Shown: positions 10,283-21,377 of the stretch, piece by piece
How the letters are laid out: the number at the start of each line of letters is the position of its first letter
How positions within the stretch are numbered: position 1 is the stretch's first letter
Assembly: GCA_030603365.1 (NCBI GenBank)
Contig: JAUVXV010000002.1
Span: 160,001 to 224,000 of the forward strand
Reading direction: 5' to 3'
Length of the DNA stretch: 64,000 nt
Origin: Candidatus Heimdallarchaeota archaeon
GTDB lineage: Archaea > Asgardarchaeota > Heimdallarchaeia > Heimdallarchaeales > Heimdallarchaeaceae
Translations under genes and position numbers: made by a program
The notes under the pieces: model-generated
The model's input: the letters and a program-made list of their open reading frames with translations, nothing else
The model's database searches: none
What the model was told of the DNA's origin: nothing

Positions 10283-11068
10283 TTATGGTCTTTTAAGGGG
10301 TTTTCCTGGATTACCGATTATAACAGAGTTATCAGGAACATCTCTAATAACAACAGTTCCTAAACCAATAAGAGCATCACTTCCAATAGTTATATTCTCT
10401 CTTATTGATGCATTAGGAGCAACCCAAACATTATCTCCTAAAGTTACGCTACCACTTACTTCAGCACATGCAATTATCAGACAATTCCTTCCTATTTTAA
10501 CTCCATGTGCTATATGAACTAAATTATCTATTTTTGTACCTTCACCTATTATAGTATCATTTAGAGCTCCTCTATCAACTACTACACATGAACCAATATC
10601 CACATTATCTTCAATTACTACTCCGCTTATCTGAGGGAATGTTACCCATTTGTTCTCTTTTTCATCCTTGACATATCCAAAACCTGGTTTGCCAATTACT
10701 GTGTTAGCATGAATAGTGACATTGTTTCCGATCTTCGTATCTCCATAGATTACAACATTTTGGTGCAAGGTGACGTTTTTTCCCAAAACAACATTTTCTC
10801 CAATACTAACGGTTGAATGAATAGAAGATTCTTTTTCGGGTAGATTTTTGTTAACAATTTTAGCAAAAGCTAATCTAGGATCATCAGAAATAATAAATTC
10901 CTCAGCTATATTTAGCAATTTCTTTATCTTTTCTGTCGTTACAATTGTAATGTTCTTTACTGCTCGTTCTTTATATGTTTGAAGGAATTTCTCTACGTAT
11001 TTTGGGGATTTTAAGAAAGTAATACACCCATCTTCCAACTGATCCATAGGTTTTGGATTAATCTTCAT
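10283..11068 (-). CDS. LpxD-like left-handed beta-helix N-acyl/acetyltransferase
   Basis: [35 protein letters not shown]; hexapeptide repeats. Confidence 0.85.
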   Translation of the reverse strand: MKINPKPMDQLEDGCITFLKSPKYVEKFLQTYKERAVKNITIVTTEKIKKLLNIAEEFIISDDPRLAFAKIVNKNLPEKESSIHSTVSIGENVVLGKNVTLHQNVVIYGDTKIGNNVTIHANTVIGKPGFGYVKDEKENKWVTFPQISGVVIEDNVDIGSCVVVDRGALNDTIIGEGTKIDNLVHIAHGVKIGRNCLIIACAEVSGSVTLGDNVWVAPNASIRENITIGSDALIGLGTVVIRDVPDNSVIIGNPGKPLKRP

Positions 11069-11133
11069 CTTAATTCCTTCTACAATGTCTATTATATTGT
11101 GATACTTAAAGTTTTTATTGATAAGATGAATAT

Positions 11134-11943
11134 TTGATAAGGTTAATAATGGTTTTGGAGATAGAAAGAGAAATAGATGCCAAATACTTCACAATTCCAT
11201 TTGATGAATTAGTTGAAGAAAACCCGGAATTAGCTATTTTTCTTACTTCCATTAAACCTGCAAAATTTGATTTAGGAAATACTGATGTTCTATCTAAGGT
11301 CAATAAATGTCTTTTCAAAAGTGTATTAGGACTAAATATTTCTGTGCCTGAAAAATATCTCATTCCTACTTTAGGTATAAGGTATGCTTATTGCGATACG
11401 ATCGTATCTTATGTTAATTCTAATCTCCCCTTCATAGAAATTGGTACAGGAGCAAGTGCAGCTATTGCACTTATTCTATCTAAGAAATATCAGAAAGAGG
11501 TTATAGCTACTGAATTGAATGAGTTATCTTTTTCTGCTGCTAAAAAAAATGTTGTCGCTAATCAATTAGAATCTTTTGTGAGCTTGTTAAAATCAGAAGG
11601 AGAAATTATTGAGAATCTTATTCCTGAAGGTAAATACGCCTCTTTACTTTGCTATCCACCACATTATGAACAGGATTTAACAAGACTTGAGAAAAAAAGA
11701 GGTTGGAAGGGAACATATGACGAGTTGATTGGTGGAGGAGAGGATGGTATGAATTTTACTAAGAATTTAATAGGTGAGGTATTTAACTCAAAAAAAGTTC
11801 AATTTGAAACTATATCTGTTATGCTAAATAATAGAAATCAAATTGAGAAAGTTCTATCACTTTTACCTGAAAAAGTAGAAAATAAAATCCTTCAATTAAA
11901 TGCTGGGACTAGGAAGCGTTTCATTCTTCTTCTTTATCCTTAA
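11134..11943 (+). CDS. RlmF/METTL16-related SAM-dependent RNA methyltransferase
   Basis: LIPT...[16 protein letters not shown] (NPPF position) and GGE motifs. Confidence 0.7.
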   Translation: MIRLIMVLEIEREIDAKYFTIPFDELVEENPELAIFLTSIKPAKFDLGNTDVLSKVNKCLFKSVLGLNISVPEKYLIPTLGIRYAYCDTIVSYVNSNLPFIEIGTGASAAIALILSKKYQKEVIATELNELSFSAAKKNVVANQLESFVSLLKSEGEIIENLIPEGKYASLLCYPPHYEQDLTRLEKKRGWKGTYDELIGGGEDGMNFTKNLIGEVFNSKKVQFETISVMLNNRNQIEKVLSLLPEKVENKILQLNAGTRKRFILLLYP

Positions 11944-13186
11944 AATCAGATGATGCCTTGCTTTCTAAGTATTTCAAGATTAGAAGTGATATCATTGATA
12001 CATATAGAATTACAGTTATTATCCAAGCTGAAATGTAAGTAAAGAGATTTGTTTGGTCATAAGTTAGAATATAATCTGCTGCGATCCCACCTGAAACAGT
12101 ACTTAGCAGAAATATTCCACTCACTAAACCTATATTTCCTTTCTTGAAAAGAGTGATGAAAATAAAGGGAAAAATTATCACAAAATAGGAAAATTGTATT
12201 TTTGGAAAGAATAAGAGAAAAGGCATCAATAATATCATTGTATCTTCGAAAGTCCATTTTTTCTTATCTAGAAGTAGAATTAAACTAAACAAACTTACGA
12301 AGAAAATTGTCACACCCAGAAAAACATAATTGCTTATAGATACATCTGCACTCTTGGTAAACAGATCAAAAAATGCTGATATACCCTGATTTCTAGCATT
12401 ATCAAGAGGGTAATTGAATTGTGCCTTGAAAGCTTCAGAATCAACAAAATAGAATGGGAGGTAAGTTGCTGTTATTCCTAAAAGTGCAAAAAACACCTGA
12501 AATAAACCTTTCCGAATATTCTTATTATAAATCAAGAACAAAGGTAGCAGAAGAATGGGAAAATACTTCAGACCTGCTCCTACGACTAAGGATAATGTAG
12601 CTAGATAATATTTCTCTTTTTCTAGAAGATATATTGGTAAAATTATCAGAAGCGGAACAATACATTCATCTGATCCCCAGAAAGTTACTAGATAAAGAAA
12701 ATAAGGATTTATTGAATAACAGAGTGCAATCCAGAATGACCGTTTATTTTTCTTTGCATCTAATATTTTGAATAATAACACTGCAGATAAAATCAGACAG
12801 ATTGAAAAAAATACTCTGAAAATATATGAAGAAAAGATCATGCTAGAAGAATCTAGATAGGTTGAATACAATAGATATTCAGCTGGAAATTGCCCAGTGA
12901 AAATCATGGATATCAAAACTATTGGAGCCCAAAGATATGGACTTAAAGGAGCAGCTTGTGTATAGAAGTCTCGATATGGAATATCACCTTTCAGAATACC
13001 AGTTCCTCTATTATAGAACACTAATTGATCGGAAATAAAGAGGTTATAGTCTGAATCAACAAAATATATGATTAGACCGTGAAGAACAATAATACATGAG
13101 TAGACAATTATAGAAACAGCTATTAGCTTTGATAGCTCACTCATTTTTAGCTTTCTTAATTGGGTATCTTGTTGTTGTTCTTCCAA
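11921..13186 (-). CDS. Multi-pass GT-C glycosyltransferase (GT87/DUF2029-like)
   Basis: GDIPYRDF, NP, GSDE, GAGLKYFP and NQG motifs; about 11 TM helices. Confidence 0.7.
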   Translation of the reverse strand: MEEQQQDTQLRKLKMSELSKLIAVSIIVYSCIIVLHGLIIYFVDSDYNLFISDQLVFYNRGTGILKGDIPYRDFYTQAAPLSPYLWAPIVLISMIFTGQFPAEYLLYSTYLDSSSMIFSSYIFRVFFSICLILSAVLLFKILDAKKNKRSFWIALCYSINPYFLYLVTFWGSDECIVPLLIILPIYLLEKEKYYLATLSLVVGAGLKYFPILLLPLFLIYNKNIRKGLFQVFFALLGITATYLPFYFVDSEAFKAQFNYPLDNARNQGISAFFDLFTKSADVSISNYVFLGVTIFFVSLFSLILLLDKKKWTFEDTMILLMPFLLFFPKIQFSYFVIIFPFIFITLFKKGNIGLVSGIFLLSTVSGGIAADYILTYDQTNLFTYISAWIITVILYVSMISLLILKYLESKASSDFKDKEEE

Positions 13187-13255
13187 TAGCTTAACTCCTC
13201 TTATTGTATAGGGAAAAATTCAAAAGCTTCTAAATAAATATACTTCTGTAGCATT

Positions 13256-15211
13256 ATGAGGTCTAGTTCAGAATCCTTTAACATCCGTTCTAGTTTTCCA
13301 AAATGGGCACCTCTTATAAGTACTTTACTGTTAGCTGGTGTCACTTATGGAGTTCAACGTACATCTCTTGCTTTATATGCTGAGGAATTATCAGGATCAG
13401 ATATTACTGACATTTTTGTTTTCCTACAAATTGCTTCAACTATAATCGCTTATGGATTGTTTAAAGGTCTCGCTGGTTTTTTCAGTTCTAGACTAAGTTC
13501 TAAGTTTAAGCGAAAAAATACTATGAGAATTGGATTATCTTTGCTAGTTCTTGGTTCTATTTCTATAGTATTAGCACAATATATCAAACTTACTGGGTTG
13601 ATTATAGGTAATATTTTCATTGGTGCAGGTCTCGGTTTGTTTTTCACTGCGTCAATGTCAGCTTTAACTGAGATTGCAGGTTCTGAAGGTAGTGCTTTCT
13701 CTGTTGGATCTATGGAATTTTCTGTTTATCTTGGGTCAAGTATAGGGTCATTTTTCGCTGGGTTAATTGAAGACCTCCAATCAAATGCTTTTACAGCGAG
13801 TTTCATATTTGCATTAGTGGTTGCAGGAGTTGCAGTTACACTAGGTATAGTTTTGCTTAGAAAAGTTGAAACTGAAGAATTAGTCAAAGGTACTAAAGAA
13901 GCGATTTTATTGGATTCTACAAAAGTTGAAACTAAATGGAGAATCAGAAATATTTTCAGAACCCCAACTTTACTCCTATCTTATGTAGCAGGTCATTTTT
14001 CAAGAATAATGGATAGTATGATTGTTCTTTTACTTCCTATTTTAGTTAGTATGCCAGGTTATGATTTCACTCCCACACAAATAGGTCTTGTCATATCAGG
14101 ATTTACTTTGGCATGGGCATTATCAATGCCTATAACGGGAAGAATTAGTGATAGGTTCGGGAGAAAAGAAGCCATTATAATTGGGTTATTTATTGAAGGT
14201 GCTGCAATAATTCTCTTAACTTTCTCTAAAGAACCTATCTATGTAATTCTCCTAGCAATTTTAGCAGGTATTGGAACAGCTATTTATTATCCCAGCCTTC
14301 CTTCAATCACTAGAGATGTAGTTCCAATTGTAAAAAGAGAACAAAGTTTAGGTCTCTATCGTGCCTCTTTAGATTCAGGTTATTTTACTGGTCCATTAAT
14401 TGCTATGGGGTTGACTTTTGCTGCAACAAATCTCACCATTTGGAATAATACATCAGAAATAAGGCTAGAAAATCAACTGAAGTTTCCATTTCTGGTCATA
14501 GGAATAACTCTAGGAGTGATTGCTTTATCTTTTCTCTTCCTAGCAATGGAAACAAGACCAGGGTGGGTTCAAGCAAGTATTTCATTAAAACATAGTAATA
14601 AAGTCAAGGAGTTTTATGCTGAAATAAAGAAAGCATTCAATACTTACATCGAAGGTGAGAACGTTAAAAACTGCTCGAAAGCAATAGAGAAAGCAAAGAA
14701 TATAGAAAAAGAAGCTGATGATTTAGTAATGAAGGTAACGCAAGCATTGTATGGGAGTGTTCGTCCAGCACCTGATGATTATCATTTCTATAAAATAACC
14801 GATACCCTTGATTCTTCCATTGGTTTCACTTTACGATCAATTAGAAAATTAATACTAATTCCAAGAGAAAAACTTCCAAAATCCTTTATTAAATATCTGA
14901 GGAAAGAAAAAGTTCTGTTACTCAAGATGATATCGAAAGCTGTTGAGGTTCTAGAAGTAGTTTGTATTCAACCTCTTGCATCTCATCCTATTTTCGAGGA
15001 AGTTCACAAACTTGAAAATAGACTTGATATCAACAGCCAGGAAGGTCTAGCTATTGCAACTAAAGAATTAGGAAAACTTAATTCTGTAGAATCTATGTAT
15101 ATCATCCAAATTATTGAATCTCTGGAAATATCTGCTAATCTAATTGAAGATGCCGTTGATGTGATGAAGATTGTTGGTCTGAAATATCAAGTCAGACCAC
15201 TAAAATTGTAA
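13256..15211 (+). CDS. MFS transporter fused to a C-terminal DUF47/PhoU-like helical domain
   Basis: GRISDRFGRK MFS motif, 12 TM; C-terminal IEKEADDL / LENRLD / N.IEDAVD pattern. Confidence 0.8.
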   Translation: MRSSSESFNIRSSFPKWAPLISTLLLAGVTYGVQRTSLALYAEELSGSDITDIFVFLQIASTIIAYGLFKGLAGFFSSRLSSKFKRKNTMRIGLSLLVLGSISIVLAQYIKLTGLIIGNIFIGAGLGLFFTASMSALTEIAGSEGSAFSVGSMEFSVYLGSSIGSFFAGLIEDLQSNAFTASFIFALVVAGVAVTLGIVLLRKVETEELVKGTKEAILLDSTKVETKWRIRNIFRTPTLLLSYVAGHFSRIMDSMIVLLLPILVSMPGYDFTPTQIGLVISGFTLAWALSMPITGRISDRFGRKEAIIIGLFIEGAAIILLTFSKEPIYVILLAILAGIGTAIYYPSLPSITRDVVPIVKREQSLGLYRASLDSGYFTGPLIAMGLTFAATNLTIWNNTSEIRLENQLKFPFLVIGITLGVIALSFLFLAMETRPGWVQASISLKHSNKVKEFYAEIKKAFNTYIEGENVKNCSKAIEKAKNIEKEADDLVMKVTQALYGSVRPAPDDYHFYKITDTLDSSIGFTLRSIRKLILIPREKLPKSFIKYLRKEKVLLLKMISKAVEVLEVVCIQPLASHPIFEEVHKLENRLDINSQEGLAIATKELGKLNSVESMYIIQIIESLEISANLIEDAVDVMKIVGLKYQVRPLKL

Positions 15212-15260
15212 TACCTTCATTTCGTTAAATTAAAAAGGAAGGAAGCATATTATTTATAAG

Positions 15261-17150
15261 ATGAAGAGAAAAATTCTGTTATTTGTCACTATTTTAATTT
15301 CTGCTAATTTATTACTAGTCACATCAATTAATCCAGGGACATATGCTAGTCATGTCAAGCAATTGGGTGGATTAGCTGATTATAGTCTGGATACTCCATT
15401 AACATTACAGATCGAATTTCTGGGATTTGATGACGGTTTAATAAACGAAACAGAGATTGAAAGTATGTTATCGTTACAGTTTTGGAAGGGTCAAACTGAC
15501 ATAGGAGAATCCTTGATGAGTTTTGATTTGCTTTTCAATTATGCATCTGAAGATGATTATGCTAATCTTAAATCATATATTGAAACTTACGGAACAAATG
15601 GGACAGGAGTAGGTTATGAACTAAATACAACACAATTGGATCAAGATTTAGCTTCAGGAGAAAGGAACAATATCCTCATACCGCAGGATGGTCTCCTCAT
15701 GGATGCCGAGTTGACTGAAGACTACATCTACAACAACCTATACACAGAGAATACAGAAAATCCAGGGTATACATTATTCTTTCTAAACTTCTCAAGTTTC
15801 GATTCAGAGGATCATAGCTTAGAACATTGGTATAAAACAACATCAACTGATTTTGATACAAACCTGACGATAGACACATGGTTTTCAGGCTATAGTGACA
15901 TTCCTTATGTTCCAACTCTAGGTTGGGGTGGTGACAATCGTTTTTGTTTCTTAGACCTTTCAGCTAGAACCTGGTATTATGATTGGATAGAAACAGCATG
16001 GGGAGATTTGGGAATGGGTAATTTCATTTATTATGATTATAGAGATTTAGACGAACTTGCTCAACTTGTTGACTTGTATTCTGATACAGGGAATTCAATT
16101 TTATCAGAATATATCGGTGACTATATTCAATCATATCTATTCAATGTTTTTTCAGGTTACTATTATCGTAACTCTATTGTAGAATCTTATTCACTGCAAG
16201 TGAAGGTTTTCAACAATTTAACAAATATAGGATACACCTATGAAGATATCAATTGGGTAATTTCAGAAACAAGAATAAAAGAACAACTTGTAAATGATTT
16301 TCCATGGATAGATTGGGTAATTGACATTGAATACGTAAATATCGCTGATTATCCTATTCTTGACGATTGGATTTCTGATAATATCCAATATGGACCTTCT
16401 GGACCATATGTTGAAATTATGAATGAATTCTTTTATCTGCTTGAAGATCAGTTGAATGATCATTTTGATTATACAGCTGCAGATACAGTTCTACCCTGTT
16501 ACTTCTTCCTGAATGATGAAGTTGGATTTGAATATTGGGGTATTCGATTTGCAGGATTGGGCGGAATGGGGTGGGAGATTCTTGTAGCTGATCAGCATGT
16601 TATTTTTGAATCAGGAAATCCTGATTTTCCAAGGCACGGGATGTCTGCTACAATGATTCACGAACTTGGGCACAGCCTAGGCTTTCCACATCCTCACAGT
16701 TCATATTATGGTTGGGGATCTTCATTCTTTGAAGAAGTAATGAATTATTTTTCAGCGGGTGAGGCGGGTTTTAGTGTATTTTACAGAGATGGACTAGGAC
16801 GCGCTCATAGTAATTATTTCTACAGTTACGCAGGATTACAATTGGATTTTGCTTTCGAAGATTTTGTAGATGCAGGTTCCCCAAATGAACTCGTTTCTTA
16901 CATTAATGATGCAGGAGTTCTGCACCAACAAGCTGCTACTAACTATTCTGATATGGAATATAATGCCTGTGTTCAGAAGTCCAAAGCAACTCTTGATGCT
17001 ATAGATTTGTTCTACTATTATCTGGATAACCCAGCAGAAACACCCACTCCAACACCAACAGTAACTGAAACAACAAATGCGATGAATATAATAATGATAG
17101 CAATTACAATATCTCTTTCATTACTTATCATGAGGAAAATGAGAAAGTAA
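15261..17150 (+). CDS. Secreted, membrane-anchored zinc metallopeptidase
   Basis: Signal peptide; HELGHSLGFPHPH followed by a VMNY Met-turn; Thr/Pro linker, TM helix and basic tail. Confidence 0.75.
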   Translation: MKRKILLFVTILISANLLLVTSINPGTYASHVKQLGGLADYSLDTPLTLQIEFLGFDDGLINETEIESMLSLQFWKGQTDIGESLMSFDLLFNYASEDDYANLKSYIETYGTNGTGVGYELNTTQLDQDLASGERNNILIPQDGLLMDAELTEDYIYNNLYTENTENPGYTLFFLNFSSFDSEDHSLEHWYKTTSTDFDTNLTIDTWFSGYSDIPYVPTLGWGGDNRFCFLDLSARTWYYDWIETAWGDLGMGNFIYYDYRDLDELAQLVDLYSDTGNSILSEYIGDYIQSYLFNVFSGYYYRNSIVESYSLQVKVFNNLTNIGYTYEDINWVISETRIKEQLVNDFPWIDWVIDIEYVNIADYPILDDWISDNIQYGPSGPYVEIMNEFFYLLEDQLNDHFDYTAADTVLPCYFFLNDEVGFEYWGIRFAGLGGMGWEILVADQHVIFESGNPDFPRHGMSATMIHELGHSLGFPHPHSSYYGWGSSFFEEVMNYFSAGEAGFSVFYRDGLGRAHSNYFYSYAGLQLDFAFEDFVDAGSPNELVSYINDAGVLHQQAATNYSDMEYNACVQKSKATLDAIDLFYYYLDNPAETPTPTPTVTETTNAMNIIMIAITISLSLLIMRKMRK

Positions 17151-17174
17151 TTTACTTTCTTTAATTTTCATTTT

Positions 17175-19199
17175 TTATTCTATTGTAAAAGGTGCTTCTT
17201 CAAAAATAGCCTCAACTAGATGTGTGAATTCTTCCTGTTTTATTGGATGAGTAGCGATTTTCTGTTTGATAGTGCTCATTGCTTCCTTCAAGAATTTTCG
17301 AACTTGTAGTCTACTTTCAAATGTTTCATTATCAGAGACAAGAACAGCCATAACTTCATCTTGTTTTTCAACAATCACAGACCTACCTTCATGAGTGATA
17401 CTTCTAAGAGTTTCAACTCCTTTCCCTAATACTTCCTGAGAGAAGCTGATTATCGCTGAAATGAGTCCTGATATCAGAAGATCATCTATATTTTCTTTTT
17501 TCGAAAAATTGTAGGAATAGAGTGGTAATCCACCTTCATCAATGACAAGTAAGAGATATAATATAATAGGAATTTTCTTATGAGTACCAAAAGAGAATTT
17601 TCTGATTCGGTAGAATAATTTTCTAGAACCTCTCAATTCTTGAGCTAATGATTTCTTTTCTTCTATTACTGCTTTTAATTCATCAACCCTTTCTTCAAAT
17701 TTGTGCTCTTCTGCGTATTGAATACCTTGCTTCAATGTAGTTACTGCTTCATTTTCCATATTTCGGAATCTATAGTAACCAGCTTTTGTGATTATTGCAT
17801 CCACGTATACCGAATGTTGAATTTCTTCTGTAACAGTAAGAAGACTATCAATATAATATAGAAATTTTAGAGCAAAATCATTGTTCTCTGTTATTCTGTA
17901 CATTTCAAAATAACTATCTGCTAAAGCAGCATAAGTATAAAGTATTCCTTCAAAAATGACTTGATTCTCAAAGAACTCTAAAGCTCTTTCAAAGAACTTA
18001 ACAGCTGTTGCTAAATCGACTTCTTTCTGATGGAACATACCTTTGTAGAAGAAATAGTAAGACATCGCATTGAAATCAAACTGATCTTGAGCCAGTTGCA
18101 TCCCTTTTTCCAGGCTTTCACCTTCATCCTTGCCTTCAAGAAGCTGGATGTATCCGTATACAATTTCTATCATCGGATTCAAAAAACTATACTTCTCATT
18201 TATTACATGAGCTTGATTATAGAATTCTATTGTTTTCTCCATTTCTTCATTTAGTAGATATATTTGACCCATTTTTTCTAAAATCTCTAATTGAACAGGT
18301 GTGAAAACTCTCGAATTTTTGAGTATGTTTTTGTATATCTCAAGAGCAGATGATAAATCTCCTTTCATTTTTTCGATTACTGCAGAATTCAGTAATAATA
18401 TAGATGTAAGTCGTTCAGAAGAGATCTGTTTAGCATGATTCAAACCTTGTTCGAGGTTCTTATTTGCATTTTCTATATCATATTCTTTTAGTGATAGAGA
18501 AGTAAGGAGATCATACAAGATACTTAGCATACCTTGGTTTTCATAGGTTTTCGCTCTTTGAATAGCGCTATCTAACCAAAGATCTTTCAGAGTATCATCT
18601 GCTATGGTATAAGCGAAATTAACCAAATCAGTCATCAAAGCATCTAAGATGAAAGGATATTTTATTGCAACGTCCTCAGGACTAGAAAGATATCTTAAGA
18701 GTTCATTTAGAGCTTTGAATCCAAAATCAGGTCGTTTATGAGTAGTTGATGAGAATTCTTTTAGTGCAAGAGTAAGATAGTCCTTAGAATTTTCCATTTG
18801 CAGTTTTTCGATTATTTCCTGAATTATCTTGTAGGCTTTCTCATAGTCTTCAAATAGAAACATATCTCTTAAAGAAAGCAAATAACAGATGTGAACAGAA
18901 ATATTTTCACCACTAAAATTATCATGGAATTTATTGAATAATTCTATAATTGTTTCATATTCTTTACTCCAATAACAGAGTAGGAAACTTGAGAGAAGTA
19001 GAATTTTCTCATTTTCATCAAGATGTTTTGATTTCAGTTTTAACAGATAGTTAGATAGTAGTTCTCGAATTTTGGAATGTGAAACTTCTTGTCCAAGTAC
19101 TTTGGTTAATAAAGACTTAACTGGCTCTTTATTATCGGTGATATAGAGCTCTAATTCCTTCTGTACAAAAATGGGTAAATTCTCTATCATTCTTCTCAT
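17175..19199 (-). CDS. TPR-repeat protein with C-terminal longin-like domain
   Basis: TPR helices; LLVIDEGGLPLYSYNF...DDLLISGLISAI. Confidence 0.7.
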   Translation of the reverse strand: MRRMIENLPIFVQKELELYITDNKEPVKSLLTKVLGQEVSHSKIRELLSNYLLKLKSKHLDENEKILLLSSFLLCYWSKEYETIIELFNKFHDNFSGENISVHICYLLSLRDMFLFEDYEKAYKIIQEIIEKLQMENSKDYLTLALKEFSSTTHKRPDFGFKALNELLRYLSSPEDVAIKYPFILDALMTDLVNFAYTIADDTLKDLWLDSAIQRAKTYENQGMLSILYDLLTSLSLKEYDIENANKNLEQGLNHAKQISSERLTSILLLNSAVIEKMKGDLSSALEIYKNILKNSRVFTPVQLEILEKMGQIYLLNEEMEKTIEFYNQAHVINEKYSFLNPMIEIVYGYIQLLEGKDEGESLEKGMQLAQDQFDFNAMSYYFFYKGMFHQKEVDLATAVKFFERALEFFENQVIFEGILYTYAALADSYFEMYRITENNDFALKFLYYIDSLLTVTEEIQHSVYVDAIITKAGYYRFRNMENEAVTTLKQGIQYAEEHKFEERVDELKAVIEEKKSLAQELRGSRKLFYRIRKFSFGTHKKIPIILYLLLVIDEGGLPLYSYNFSKKENIDDLLISGLISAIISFSQEVLGKGVETLRSITHEGRSVIVEKQDEVMAVLVSDNETFESRLQVRKFLKEAMSTIKQKIATHPIKQEEFTHLVEAIFEEAPFTIE

Positions 19200-19231
19200 C
19201 TAACGAATATAAAAGACAATAGAGGTACTAT

Positions 19232-21313
19232 TTAAAAATCTACTTTAATGGCATCGCTATAGATAAGATTAGTTCCAAATAGTGATTTTACTTCCTCATC
19301 AATAGAATTACTGATATCAGTTGTTAACTCACCATAGAATTGCCGAGGTATATCGAGTGAAGCTAGTTTGTCAGTTAACTGATGAATCTTTCTTCTTAAT
19401 GAGAACGAATCTAAGGCACTAACTGCAACAGAGCTGAATCCTTTTGGATGTGCCTCTATAATGATTTTGTGGTTTCCATAGGTTATAACAAGCATTTGGC
19501 TTTTTTGTTCTTCAAAAAGCTCTGAAAGCATATCTCTAACTGCTACTATGAACCCACCAAATAATAGCTGATCTTTCACTGCTCGCTTCAAGATAACATA
19601 AGATCTTAATGGAATGCCTGATCTATGCAAGATTATTAGTGCCAGAGGTAAAACTTCCAGTTCAACATATGATTTTTGCATATATCTTATACCAATTTCT
19701 TCCATACTTGAGATTTCTTTTCTGAATGGTTCAACAATCCATTCAATTCCCTCAGCATGTTTTGTGGGAAAAACCTGATTCAACTGCTTAATCCTGTTTT
19801 CAATTAAAGATTGCAATTGTTTGTTTTTATGAATAATTGGAATTTCTCTTGCTTGTTGTAAACTGTTAAATGCTTTGGAATACTCCTCCTTAACTGCAAA
19901 TATTTTGCCTTGAAGTAAATACATTGCAACTTGCTCTTTGTATAATTTATTTTCATCAAAGAAGGGAAGAATATAATCTAAGGTGTTGAGTGTTAAATCT
20001 AGAACTTTTGAATCTTTTTCAAGGTCATATTTTCCTAAGTATAAGAGAATGAGGTTCATGAGAATCTTAGCTGAGAGCTCTCCTCTTCCCTGTTCATCAG
20101 CAATTTTTAATGCTTCCGAGAATGATTCTTCTGCTTTACCATAATTAAGTTTTTTTACATTGAACATTCCTTGTAGTGATAACAAATATGAGTGGATTAT
20201 GGGAGAAGGATTACTTCTTATTTCTTCTTCGATTAATTTAATTATCACTTCAAATTCGTTGAGTTTTCCTGTTTGAAGGTATAGCTCTGCTAGAGTACAA
20301 TACTGATAAGTTTCTTTGAGATTAAGTTTTTCAAGAATCTTTGTTGCTTCTTCATACAAGTTTATAGCAGTTTCATATTCTCCTTTGCATAAAGCAATTT
20401 CTCCAAGAGATCTAATAGTTAACGAAAATAATCTATTACTATCTAACTTTCTAAAAACTTCAAGAATTTCCTTGAAAATTACTTCCGCTTTATCAAACTG
20501 CCCTAGTATCACATTAATTGTACCAATATTACCTTTTACTGCTGCCAAAAGCGTTTTATTTCCTGTTTCAATTAGGAGCTCCTGAGCTTTGAATGAAAGG
20601 TTAAGAGAGTCCTCTATTTTTCCACTATCTCTCTGAATTAAAGCGAGAAGGTAGTAAAATCTAGCAATCTGGTACCTGTTTTCTAATTCTGTAGCAATAT
20701 GAAGAGCAACATTTATCTTATTTTCAAGTTTTATTCTTTCCTCAACATAACGATCTACAAAGTAATGGTCTCTGTGTCCATCTAATAGAATTTCATTTAC
20801 TATAGGTTTTTTCTCTCTGGGTAATTGATGAGTTGTTAGAGCTTCTTCAAAGAGGAAGTTTAGATAAATTCGACACTGCTCATAGTTGCCTAAATTTAGA
20901 TATCCATAAGCAATTGACCTGAGTAGATGCAATCGATAAATAATTGGCAGCTCTTTGTTTTCTTTAATTTGAGAAGCAGTTTTTATAACATCTTCATTGG
21001 AACCTTTTTCAAGATTTACACGAATATCCCAGAGTTCCAAACCAACGGAAGGATATTTCTTACTAAAAATTTTGATACGGTCATAATCAGAAATCATGAA
21101 AAGGATTCGACCTAGAACAAACAATAAATTATCTGAAGGTTGAGGGATTGCAGAAATGTAATCTTGAAGCATTATAACTATTTTATCCAAAGAATCATCA
21201 TCATGGAAATTCCCATTTTCTTTCTCCAAATCTTCCTGTTCTGTTTGAGACAAAATAGGTAGATAGATAGAAAATTCCTTTGGGAACCCCACATTATCCC
21301 CTTTATCCTTCAT
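19232..21313 (-). CDS. TPR-repeat protein with C-terminal longin-like domain (start 21313, or GTG 21292)
   Basis: TPR repeats; LIILHRSGIPLRSY...DQLLFGGFIVAV. Confidence 0.7.
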   Translation of the reverse strand: MKDKGDNVGFPKEFSIYLPILSQTEQEDLEKENGNFHDDDSLDKIVIMLQDYISAIPQPSDNLLFVLGRILFMISDYDRIKIFSKKYPSVGLELWDIRVNLEKGSNEDVIKTASQIKENKELPIIYRLHLLRSIAYGYLNLGNYEQCRIYLNFLFEEALTTHQLPREKKPIVNEILLDGHRDHYFVDRYVEERIKLENKINVALHIATELENRYQIARFYYLLALIQRDSGKIEDSLNLSFKAQELLIETGNKTLLAAVKGNIGTINVILGQFDKAEVIFKEILEVFRKLDSNRLFSLTIRSLGEIALCKGEYETAINLYEEATKILEKLNLKETYQYCTLAELYLQTGKLNEFEVIIKLIEEEIRSNPSPIIHSYLLSLQGMFNVKKLNYGKAEESFSEALKIADEQGRGELSAKILMNLILLYLGKYDLEKDSKVLDLTLNTLDYILPFFDENKLYKEQVAMYLLQGKIFAVKEEYSKAFNSLQQAREIPIIHKNKQLQSLIENRIKQLNQVFPTKHAEGIEWIVEPFRKEISSMEEIGIRYMQKSYVELEVLPLALIILHRSGIPLRSYVILKRAVKDQLLFGGFIVAVRDMLSELFEEQKSQMLVITYGNHKIIIEAHPKGFSSVAVSALDSFSLRRKIHQLTDKLASLDIPRQFYGELTTDISNSIDEEVKSLFGTNLIYSDAIKVDF

Positions 21314-21377
21314 TATCTTCAATAAGATAATATATCTAATGAATAAAAATATTCTCTTTTGCAAATTTAAAACAGAA

